Shown piece by piece: positions 8,209-16,157 of a DNA stretch of 30,937 nt; position 1 is the stretch's first letter; every line of letters starts with the position of its first letter. A program made the translations under genes and the position numbers. The notes under the pieces are model-generated. The model was not told the DNA's origin, made no database searches, and worked only from the letters and a program-made list of their open reading frames with translations. The stretch comes from Oligoflexia bacterium. GTDB taxonomy: Bacteria > Bdellovibrionota > Bdellovibrionia > JABDDW01. The stretch is from contig JAYTHU010000120.1 of assembly GCA_043732305.1 (NCBI GenBank), positions 1 to 30,937 of the forward strand. Direction: 5' to 3'.

Positions 8209-8725
8209 AGTTTTCTCCTTGTTTTTGAAGTTGATTATTCCAGCGTTCGTAAACTTGTTTCACGACTTGGTGGTGCCACTTGTTTTTTCCGCCTCGTCGA
8301 GTTGGTTTGCCGAGACGATCGATTTCTTTAGCGGTGGCGGTCCATGAAAATTTTTGATCGCGAGCCACGGTCACGATGAGGTTACAGATTTTAACTTCAC
8401 TCCGATCCGTCTTGAGCTTTCCGGCAAGAACCCAATATCCAAAGGGCGGATTCGGCGCCCGGTAGTTATCGGTCCTCGTAGAACCGCCTTATTTAGATTC
8501 GCAACGTAATCCAAGTTGATGTATAACTGTAAATATTGATGACTTAGAAGAATCGAGTTTCGTTGCTACTTGGGCGGCGGAGAGGCCTTGAGTTTGGTAA
8601 AGATTTCGCAGGATATCGGGTTCGATGAGCTTTATGTTGAAATTGAAATCGAAAGAATCCGATACCTTAGAGCGGTTCTTCCAAGCTTCATTCTGCTCCA
8701 CCAAATACCAAGCTAGTCGAACCAT
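8141..8725 (-). pseudogene. HTH + serine-recombinase DNA-binding (Recombinase, PF07508-like) domain gene interrupted by one in-frame TAA at 8489-8491
   Basis: Track ORFs 8489..8737 and 8141..8374 share a frame. Read-through gives LYQTQGLSAAQVATKL(HTH)...CESK*GGSTRTDNYRAPNPPFGYW...SWTATAKEIDRLGKPTRRGGKNKWHHQVVKQV. PFGY and the A..L...G.PT..G..W....V..I pattern mark the Recombinase domain. No catalytic resolvase domain. Confidence 0.7.
8674..8723. mobile_element. attP-like dyad of a tRNA/tmRNA-targeting large serine integrase
   Basis: 50 bp GGTTCTTCCAAGCTTCATTCTGCTC|CACCAAATACCAAGCTAGTCGAACC: symmetric GGTTC/GAACC ends, inner AGCTT/AAGCT, central tRNA-like CTCCACCA, adjacent to a recombinase-domain remnant. 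Confidence 0.55.
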
Positions 8726-8867
8726 AAATTCTCCCACTGTAGTGCCGTCTCACAAAACAAGGTTTTCTCAATTTTTTCCATTTGGGAAAACAAAAGTAGC
8801 ACTGACTGAAGATTTTGACAATCCGGCGCCACCTGAAACCTCGTTTAAAAGGCCGTCGAAATTTCTT

Positions 8868-8885
8868 GTGGAGCCCCCTGGGATC
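8868..8885 (-). mobile_element. tRNA-Ala/tmRNA-like 3' fragment (att scar)
   Basis: Minus strand GATCCCAGGGGGCTCCAC fits tRNA positions 57-74 with U70 and discriminator A73; no 5' half of a tRNA present. Confidence 0.5.
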
Positions 8886-9056
8886 ATTCACTCTATTGCC
8901 ACTACGTAACTAGACCAACAAAAAAAGAAAGAGGCAAGGAAGCGTATAAACTTTAGACATAGCGCTGACCGTCTGCGGAAGGCGCGACATGCACACTAGG
9001 CGGGAGAGTTACTAGAAGTATTAATGACGAGATAAAGCCATCATTTTTAGGCGCAC

Positions 9057-9073
9057 ACGGCATAGTTAATGCA
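9057..9073 (+). promoter_or_regulatory. Putative sigma-54 -24/-12 promoter for the J-domain gene
   Basis: acGGcatagttaatGCa has exact GG-N10-GC spacing, about 43 nt upstream of the ATG at 9116. Confidence 0.4.
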
Positions 9074-9115
9074 GCTCCTATTGCATGGCCTTACTATTAT
9101 TAGGAGAGAACAATT

Positions 9116-10048
9116 ATGCGACTCAAGACCTTCACACTCAGCTTTTTATTTTTAATCTCATTTTCAATTCAAACTTTAGCAGATGTTATTAATTATTCTA
9201 AGGCCATCGAGATTTTAGGGGTTTCAGAACAGTCAAGTCCTGAAGAAGTGACAAAGGCTTACAGAAAACTAGCCATGAAGCTACATCCGGATCGAATCGG
9301 AAATGACTCCAGAGAAGAAGACTTCAAAACAATGAAGGAGGCTTATGAATTTTTGGTTGAGATCAATTTCAAGAAGGAAAACGATACCGGTCGAGGATCG
9401 AACAATCACTGGCAGCATGAGAATTCCGATCCAGAGCGAGAGGAATACAAACAAAATATAACAGATTATGAATTAAAGAGAAAGAAGGCAGCGGAAGAAG
9501 CGCAAAAAGGATATACCTTCGATATTGATTCCACATTAGGGATGCACGGACATTTCTTTAACGGAGCGAAGGACATCATATCTATGTTGAGTCTTCGGAT
9601 GGAACAAAACAACATCACCCCTGATCTCGCGTTTCTTGTTTATACTCAAACTGTTATGAAATACGGGCTCGATGAAATATTGAAACTTTATATGCTTTAC
9701 GAAGATTTAAAAATGATTCAGGAGCTGGTTTTCGAGACAATTGGCGAAATGCCCATCACAGCAGGAATAGATAGAATAATAAATTTGAACCTTCGGTCTA
9801 TAACTCAATCTAAAACCGGCAGTACGGAGCTTAAAGCTGCCTTGAATAATTTAACAAATCATTATGGCCTTCTAAAGCTAGCCTCAAACGAAACAAAATT
9901 GAAGCTTGCGTCTGCACTAAAGGTTCATCAGATCGAATGGCCAGATGTTCTCACTGCTGACCCCAGTATCCAATCAAGGATCCTTTCGAGGAGAATTAGC
10001 TCAAAAACGCTTGGTCCGTCCTGCGAACATTTACTCACTCTTTTATGA
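9116..10048 (+). CDS. Signal-peptide-bearing J-domain (DnaJ-like) protein
   Basis: Sec-type signal [22 protein letters not shown], then [28 protein letters not shown]...[11 protein letters not shown] (HPD at 9284-9292); AGGAG RBS; novel helical C-terminus. Confidence 0.85.
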   Translation: MRLKTFTLSFLFLISFSIQTLADVINYSKAIEILGVSEQSSPEEVTKAYRKLAMKLHPDRIGNDSREEDFKTMKEAYEFLVEINFKKENDTGRGSNNHWQHENSDPEREEYKQNITDYELKRKKAAEEAQKGYTFDIDSTLGMHGHFFNGAKDIISMLSLRMEQNNITPDLAFLVYTQTVMKYGLDEILKLYMLYEDLKMIQELVFETIGEMPITAGIDRIINLNLRSITQSKTGSTELKAALNNLTNHYGLLKLASNETKLKLASALKVHQIEWPDVLTADPSIQSRILSRRISSKTLGPSCEHLLTLL

Positions 10049-10325
10049 TTAGCCTCGAATTTCTGGCTCCCACATTGAAGCCAGCATAGACACGTGATTT
10101 GAACAAGGCCTGACTCTACCCTTTGATAGCGACGGTAACTTTAAAGTTAGCAATATTGTTTGTTTACGAGCAGCCACGGGAGATCGGTCTGAGCGTGATG
10201 AAAGCTCTGCACGCAAGAGTGACGAACAAAACTTATAGCATTTTCCGACGCAAGCTCAAAAACTCAAAATGTATATTCAAACGGCGTCGAGTGACCACCA
10301 AAAATCGCAATCAACACCAGTCCAA

Positions 10326-10348
10326 AGTTTTTACTAATTCTTGATAAT
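10326..10348 (+). promoter_or_regulatory. Possible KdpE-binding T-rich element upstream of the porin-kdp operon
   Basis: TTTTTACTAATTCTTGATAAT resembles the T-rich TTTA(T/C)A-type KdpE site and lies in the only promoter-sized gap before the operon. Confidence 0.3.
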
Positions 10349-10384
10349 ATAAAGTTCATGATCGGGAAAATGGAGGTCCTCGTC

Positions 10385-11749
10385 ATGAAAGCCAATGTCA
10401 CTTTATCACTTGCTTTATATATCGCCCTCACCGCCTTTTCCCATCTCAGTCACGCCGATGATTCTGCAATCGCCGCCATTCCAAAACCCTCAGTGGAAGC
10501 GTTCGCCTTTGCAGACTTTACCTGGCTAAACGGGAATAGTCGACAAAGCACATTTCCTCTCGACTCCAAATTCTTCACCGGACAATTCACCTTCGACGCC
10601 AATTACGTCGGAGACTTCAACCATCCAGCCGATCACACCTTGATTGGATCAAGCAATTCTGGCCGAACCGCAGAAATGCAAGTTCAGCAACTAGGAATTG
10701 GCGGAGATTTTCATTATGAAAATGTTCGTGGAAGAATTATGACCCAATTCGGAATGTACTCAGCCATGACTCCTCGAAATGACGCGAGCACCAGCCGCGG
10801 TCAATGGAACATGGGAGACGCCTACAAATATTTATCGGAAGCTTATGGTGGCTATCACTTCGATGCTATGAACGGCATCAACGTGGATGCGGGAATGTTC
10901 ATGTCCTATGTTGGACTCTGCAGCTACTACAATTATGAAAACTGGGTTTATCAAATGTCTTACGTCTCCGCCAATACCCCATGGTTTTTCAACGGCGTGA
11001 GAATCCAAACATTCCCAAGCGACAAATTGAAAATTGAATATTGGCTCATCAATGGATGGCAGTCCTACGGTATGTTCAATGAATTTCCTGGATTAGGATT
11101 TCAAATTCTTTGGAGACCCACTGGAAATTTATCTTTCGTCACAAACAATTATGCTGGCGAAGACACGTTAGGAAATCCCGGGCGCTCGAGATTTCACTCG
11201 GACAATAGTATTCAAGTTAAGTATTTAGACAAACCTGCTAGCACTCTCAGCAAAGCGGCATTTTCCTTCACAATGGACGTAGGTTGTGAAAATGGAGGAG
11301 GAGTGAGTTGCTCCGGTGGAAATGTGAACGCTCCCAACCAGTATTTCTTAGGACTCATGGCCTACAATAGATTGTGGTTTGATCACGACCATTTCGGATT
11401 TACCTTCGGAGGAGGTTATATAAATAATCCCGGAAGATATTTAGTTTTGATCCCACCCATCAATGGCGCAACTGCCACCACAGGCTCTCCCTATTTCACA
11501 GCTAATTTCGGCGATCAATTTCACGCGTGGGACTCTTCAGTCACGTTCGACTATATGCCCAGCCAATTTATCACTTACCGAGTTGAATTTGTTCACCGAG
11601 TGTCTGACGTTCCCTACTTTGCTGGTGCCCAAGGCATCACGCCCAATGGTGGAAATACGGGAACTCCGGCTACGGCAGATCCTGGTTTTCAACCAGATCT
11701 TGCGACCTCTGAGAATCGCGTGAATCTAGCACTTATGCTCAGGTTATAA
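10385..11749 (+). CDS. Outer-membrane beta-barrel porin (BBP2/DUF1597-like), first gene of the kdp operon
   Basis: Signal peptide ending SHA-DD; GINVDAGMFMSYVG, NTPWFFNG, WLINGWQSY motifs; GGAGG RBS before ATG 10385; 14 nt from kdpF. Confidence 0.8.
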   Translation: MKANVTLSLALYIALTAFSHLSHADDSAIAAIPKPSVEAFAFADFTWLNGNSRQSTFPLDSKFFTGQFTFDANYVGDFNHPADHTLIGSSNSGRTAEMQVQQLGIGGDFHYENVRGRIMTQFGMYSAMTPRNDASTSRGQWNMGDAYKYLSEAYGGYHFDAMNGINVDAGMFMSYVGLCSYYNYENWVYQMSYVSANTPWFFNGVRIQTFPSDKLKIEYWLINGWQSYGMFNEFPGLGFQILWRPTGNLSFVTNNYAGEDTLGNPGRSRFHSDNSIQVKYLDKPASTLSKAAFSFTMDVGCENGGGVSCSGGNVNAPNQYFLGLMAYNRLWFDHDHFGFTFGGGYINNPGRYLVLIPPINGATATTGSPYFTANFGDQFHAWDSSVTFDYMPSQFITYRVEFVHRVSDVPYFAGAQGITPNGGNTGTPATADPGFQPDLATSENRVNLALMLRL

Positions 11750-11763
11750 AAAGGAGAGAGACA

Positions 11764-11847
11764 ATGGACTTTACGATAGCGGGAATTTTTAGTTTAGGAA
11801 TTTTAGTCTACCTCGTTTATGCGATGTTTAACCCGGAAAAGTTTTGA
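11764..11847 (+). CDS. kdpF: K+-transporting ATPase subunit F (27 aa, MDFTIAGIFSLGILVYLVYAMFNPEKF)
   Basis: Translated by hand; AAGGAG RBS; YLVYAM..PEKF KdpF signature; immediately upstream of kdpA. Confidence 0.93.
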   Translation: MDFTIAGIFSLGILVYLVYAMFNPEKF

Positions 11848-11854
11848 GGATTTT

Positions 11855-13528
11855 ATGAATAAGTTTGATTGGCTGCAAATCATCGCCGTGCTCGGAACAG
11901 TGACTTTTCTAACCCCGCTCCTAGGCCGGTTTATGGCGTGGGTTTTTATGAAAACTAAATCCTCACCAATAGAGCGAGTAATTTATAAAATTATCGGGAT
12001 TAAGCATAATGAAGAAATGAATTGGAAGTCCTACACCAAGGCTATTCTCGTTTTTAATTTCCTGGGGCTAATAGTAGTTTTCCTGTTTCAGATTTTTCAA
12101 GGCACCCTCCCACTCAATCCACAGAAATTTCCCGCGCTCTCTTGGCACCTGGCTCTCAACACCGCTATCAGTTTCATCACCAATACAAACTGGCAGTCTT
12201 ACTCTGGCGAAGGTACAATGAGTTATCTCACTCAGATGGCGGCACTCGCCGTTCAGAACTTTTTATCAGCGGCTACTGGGCTTGCAGTATTACTTGCACT
12301 GATCCGCGGATTATCCAGAAAAACCACCAACAATCTCGGAAATTTTTGGGTCGATATGACTAGATCCCTCATTTACATTTTGATTCCAATTTCAATCATT
12401 TATTCCGTGATCTTAGTTGGCCAGGGAGTACCACAAAACTTCAAACCGGCAGTGGAAGTCACAACACTTGAAGGTGTGAAGCAAACAATCCCTCAAGGGC
12501 CTGCAGCCTCACAAATAGCAATCAAACAAATTGGTACAAATGGTGGTGGGTTCTTCAATGCGAACAGCGCTCATCCCTATGAAAACCCAACTCCGTTTTC
12601 AAATTTCTTAGAAATGATCGCACTGATTTTACTTCCTGCTGCGCTCACCTACACCTTCGGCATCATGGTTGGCAGTAAAAAACATGGGGTTGTTCTCTTT
12701 GCAGTAATGATGACAGTCCTTGTTGCCACATTGGGTGCAAGTCTCTGGGCTGAATATCACCCAAATGCAGTCTTTGGTTTGTCAGGATTAATGGAAGGAA
12801 AAGAAACCAGATTTGGAATAACAAATTCTGTTTTATGGTCCACACTCACAACGGCGGCAAGCAATGGATCGGTGAACGCCATGCACGCCTCGCTCTCACC
12901 TCTTGCAGGTGGACTTGCAATTCTCAATATTATGTTGGGCGAAATTATTTTCGGCGGAATTGGAAGCGGTCTCTACGGAATGATTTTATTTGTGATTCTC
13001 ACTGTTTTCCTCTCGGGCCTTATGGTCGGCAGAACTCCAGAGTACCTGGGAAAAAAGATTGAAGCGCGCGATATTCAAATGACAATACTCGCGGTGCTCG
13101 CACCAAGTGCTGTCATTCTTTTGGGCTCGGGAATTTCACTGGTCCTACCCATCGCACTATCTAGCCTTTCAAGCCACGGACCTCATGGACTTTCAGAAAT
13201 GCTTTACACCTTTGCCTCTTCCGCTGGGAATAACGGTTCTGCGTTTGCGGGACTCAATGCAAACACAGTTTATTACAATTTGATTTTAGGATTTGCGATG
13301 CTCGTAGGTAGATTTGCAGTGATCATTCCTTCTATGGCGATAGCAGGAAATATGGCGAAGAAAAAAATCGCAGCTCCTTCATTTGGTACTTTCACCACAG
13401 ACAACGCGCTATTCGCGTTTCTATTGATAGCTGTCATTGTGGTGGTTGGAGCTTTGACTTTTTTCCCTGCGCTGGCTCTCGGTCCCATTGTCGAACACCT
13501 GCTTATGAATGCTGGAAAAACTTTTTAG
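11855..13528 (+). CDS. kdpA: Potassium-transporting ATPase subunit A
   Basis: NTAISFITNTNWQSYSGE, IKQIGTNGGGFFNANSAHPYENP, SNGSVNAMH, GNNGSAFAGL; start ATG 11855 after GAGGA. Confidence 0.98.
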   Translation: MNKFDWLQIIAVLGTVTFLTPLLGRFMAWVFMKTKSSPIERVIYKIIGIKHNEEMNWKSYTKAILVFNFLGLIVVFLFQIFQGTLPLNPQKFPALSWHLALNTAISFITNTNWQSYSGEGTMSYLTQMAALAVQNFLSAATGLAVLLALIRGLSRKTTNNLGNFWVDMTRSLIYILIPISIIYSVILVGQGVPQNFKPAVEVTTLEGVKQTIPQGPAASQIAIKQIGTNGGGFFNANSAHPYENPTPFSNFLEMIALILLPAALTYTFGIMVGSKKHGVVLFAVMMTVLVATLGASLWAEYHPNAVFGLSGLMEGKETRFGITNSVLWSTLTTAASNGSVNAMHASLSPLAGGLAILNIMLGEIIFGGIGSGLYGMILFVILTVFLSGLMVGRTPEYLGKKIEARDIQMTILAVLAPSAVILLGSGISLVLPIALSSLSSHGPHGLSEMLYTFASSAGNNGSAFAGLNANTVYYNLILGFAMLVGRFAVIIPSMAIAGNMAKKKIAAPSFGTFTTDNALFAFLLIAVIVVVGALTFFPALALGPIVEHLLMNAGKTF

Positions 13529-13545
13529 ATCAGGATTGAGGATTT

Positions 13546-15624
13546 ATGCAAAAGTCGCTTTTTAATAAAAAAATAATAATGTCCGCCGTTGTGGATTCGT
13601 TCGTGAAGCTTCATCCTCGGACTCAATTGAAAAATCCTGTCATGTTTATCACAGAAATTGGCGCAGCATTGACAACCGTTTCTGTTTTTATCGGAATTTC
13701 CAAACATTCATTCTCTCCCTTTGAACTGCAGATAGCGGTTTGGCTTTGGTTCACCGTTTTATTTGCAAATTTTTCAGAAGCGGTTGCGGAAGGACGTGGA
13801 AAAGCTCAAGCCGAAAGTTTAAAAAAGGCACGCACCAGCACTCCTGCACGCGTGATGGTGAATGGCCAAGAGACAAAACGTAATGCGGACACTCTCAAAA
13901 AAGGAGACATTGTTTGTTGTGAAACCGGAGACATCATCCCCGGAGATGGCGAAGTCATCGAAGGCATTGCCACGGTAGATGAGGCAGCCATCACCGGAGA
14001 ATCTGCGCCCGTGATCAGAGAAAGCGGCGGAGACAGATCGGCAGTCACCGGCGGAACCAGAGTCATAAGTGACAGAATTTTAATTCGCATCACCGCAGAA
14101 CAAGGGTCTAGCTTCCTCGATCGCATGATCTCCCTGGTTGAAGGGGCAAAAAGACAAAAAACTCCCAATGAAATTGCACTTTCGATTTTAATTTCTGGCT
14201 TAACGATTATTTTTCTACTAGCCGTAGTCACATTGAAATTTTTTGCAGACTACTCTGGTCATGCCGCAGGCCAAGATCTTTCTCAAACCGTCACCGTCCC
14301 CGTTTTGATCGCGCTGCTTATTTGTTTGATCCCAACCACTATCGGTGGACTTCTTAGTGCGATCGGCATCAGTGGAATGGACAGACTCATTCAAAAAAAT
14401 GTCATTGCGATGAGTGGCCGAGCAGTTGAAGCGGCAGGAGACATTGACGTTTTACTTTTAGATAAGACTGGAACAATCACTCTCGGGAATCGAATGGCTC
14501 ACGAGTTTTTGCCGGCACCAGGAGTAACAGCAGAAAGGCTTGCGGAAATTTCTCAGTTGGCATCACTGAGTGATGAAACTCCTGAAGGCCGTTCGATTGT
14601 GGTTTTGGCAAAAGATCGATTTGGATTACGGGCAGAGACATTAAACGCGGGTGAAACAGAGTTTATTCCCTTCTCTGCGCAAACGCGAATGAGTGGAATC
14701 AACACAAAATTAGGCGATAAAATCACCGCTATCAGAAAAGGTGCCGCAGAATCTGTTGCGACGTTTATTGAATCGCTCGGCGGGATAATGCCCAAAGAAG
14801 TTATCGATAGCGCAAACAGTATAGCTAAAAAAGGTGGAACACCTCTTGTGGTCAGCTTTGGAGATCAAGCCTTGGGAGTTATTTATTTGAAAGATATTGT
14901 GAAGGGCGGAATCAAAGAAAGATTTTCTGAACTGAGAAAAATGGGAATCAAAACAATCATGATCACCGGAGACAATCCTTTGACTGCAGCTGCGATTGCT
15001 GCCGAAGCCGGCGTTGACGATTTCATGGCGCAAGCGACACCAGAGTCGAAACTTCAACGCATTAGGGATGAGCAAGCCAAAGGAAGTTTAGTAGCAATGA
15101 CCGGGGATGGAACAAACGACGCTCCGGCTTTAGCGCAAGCTGACGTTGGCGTGGCGATGAACACCGGAACACAAGCGGCCCGAGAAGCGGGAAACATGGT
15201 GGATCTAGACAGCAATCCCACCAAGCTCATTGAGATTGTCGAAACAGGTAAACAAATTTTAATGACCCGTGGATCGCTCACCACGTTCAGCGTGGCCAAT
15301 GACGTGGCTAAATATTTTGCTATTATTCCTGCGCTCTTTGCCACTTTATATGCGGCACCAGGAATAAACGGTCCTCTCGCGCAACTCAATGTCATGGGCC
15401 TTCATTCGCCTCAAAGTGCTATTCTGAGCGCGGTTATTTTTAATGCCCTCGTGATTATCGCTCTCATTCCACTGGCACTCTCCGGAGTCAAATACAAAGC
15501 CCTCGGAGCGTCCGCACTCTTGCGACGAAATCTTTTGATTTATGGATTGGGCGGATTGATCGCTCCGTTTATTGGAATTAAACTCATTGACTTGATTGTA
15601 GTCTCGATTGGAGCTGCCAAATGA
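13546..15624 (+). CDS. kdpB: Potassium-transporting P-type ATPase subunit B
   Basis: [38 protein letters not shown]. Confidence 0.99.
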   Translation: MQKSLFNKKIIMSAVVDSFVKLHPRTQLKNPVMFITEIGAALTTVSVFIGISKHSFSPFELQIAVWLWFTVLFANFSEAVAEGRGKAQAESLKKARTSTPARVMVNGQETKRNADTLKKGDIVCCETGDIIPGDGEVIEGIATVDEAAITGESAPVIRESGGDRSAVTGGTRVISDRILIRITAEQGSSFLDRMISLVEGAKRQKTPNEIALSILISGLTIIFLLAVVTLKFFADYSGHAAGQDLSQTVTVPVLIALLICLIPTTIGGLLSAIGISGMDRLIQKNVIAMSGRAVEAAGDIDVLLLDKTGTITLGNRMAHEFLPAPGVTAERLAEISQLASLSDETPEGRSIVVLAKDRFGLRAETLNAGETEFIPFSAQTRMSGINTKLGDKITAIRKGAAESVATFIESLGGIMPKEVIDSANSIAKKGGTPLVVSFGDQALGVIYLKDIVKGGIKERFSELRKMGIKTIMITGDNPLTAAAIAAEAGVDDFMAQATPESKLQRIRDEQAKGSLVAMTGDGTNDAPALAQADVGVAMNTGTQAAREAGNMVDLDSNPTKLIEIVETGKQILMTRGSLTTFSVANDVAKYFAIIPALFATLYAAPGINGPLAQLNVMGLHSPQSAILSAVIFNALVIIALIPLALSGVKYKALGASALLRRNLLIYGLGGLIAPFIGIKLIDLIVVSIGAAK

Positions 15625-16154
15625 AAACTTTAATGATCTCGATTAAATTTTTAATTCTTATGACAGTATTAACAGGTTTTATTTATCCAGCAGCGATCAC
15701 TCTGATTTCTAAATTTATTTATCCTGAAAAAGCTGGAGGAAGTTTCATCTCAAACCACCAAGATCAAACGATTGGGTCATCTTTGATCGCACAAAACTTT
15801 AAAGCAGACAAATATTTTTGGCCTCGCCCATCAGCGGTAGATTTTAATCCCGCGGCCTCTGGAGGTAGCAACCTGGGGCCAACCAGCTCGGATCTGCTCA
15901 CTCAATTCAAGGCACGTCAGAAACAAGGATTTACTCATGAGATGCTTTTTACCTCTGGGAGCGGACTGGATCCGCACATCAGTCCGGAAGCAGCCTACGA
16001 TCAGCTCAAAAGAGTCGCTACCAGCAGAGGTAAATCGGAAAGCGAGATGAAATCTCTCGTGAACGAATATAGTGAACCCCGACAATTCGGTTTTCTTGGT
16101 CAAAATCGAGTGAATGTACTAAAACTTAATCTAGCATTGGATGAAAGGGATTAA
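15621..16154 (+). CDS. kdpC: Potassium-transporting ATPase subunit C
   Basis: [38 protein letters not shown]. Confidence 0.97.
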   Translation: MKTLMISIKFLILMTVLTGFIYPAAITLISKFIYPEKAGGSFISNHQDQTIGSSLIAQNFKADKYFWPRPSAVDFNPAASGGSNLGPTSSDLLTQFKARQKQGFTHEMLFTSGSGLDPHISPEAAYDQLKRVATSRGKSESEMKSLVNEYSEPRQFGFLGQNRVNVLKLNLALDERD

Positions 16155-16157
16155 ATA

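Noticed and set aside
8674..8890. Intact tRNA or tmRNA gene
   Set aside because: Only 3'-end-like pieces; no D arm, anticodon arm or 5' acceptor strand can be folded.
10050..10344. c-di-AMP riboswitch, ribozyme, or the 73-aa ORF upstream of the kdp operon
   Set aside because: Conserved ydaO, hammerhead and pistol core elements are not found in the right order; the ORF has no RBS or family features. Probably decayed sequence.
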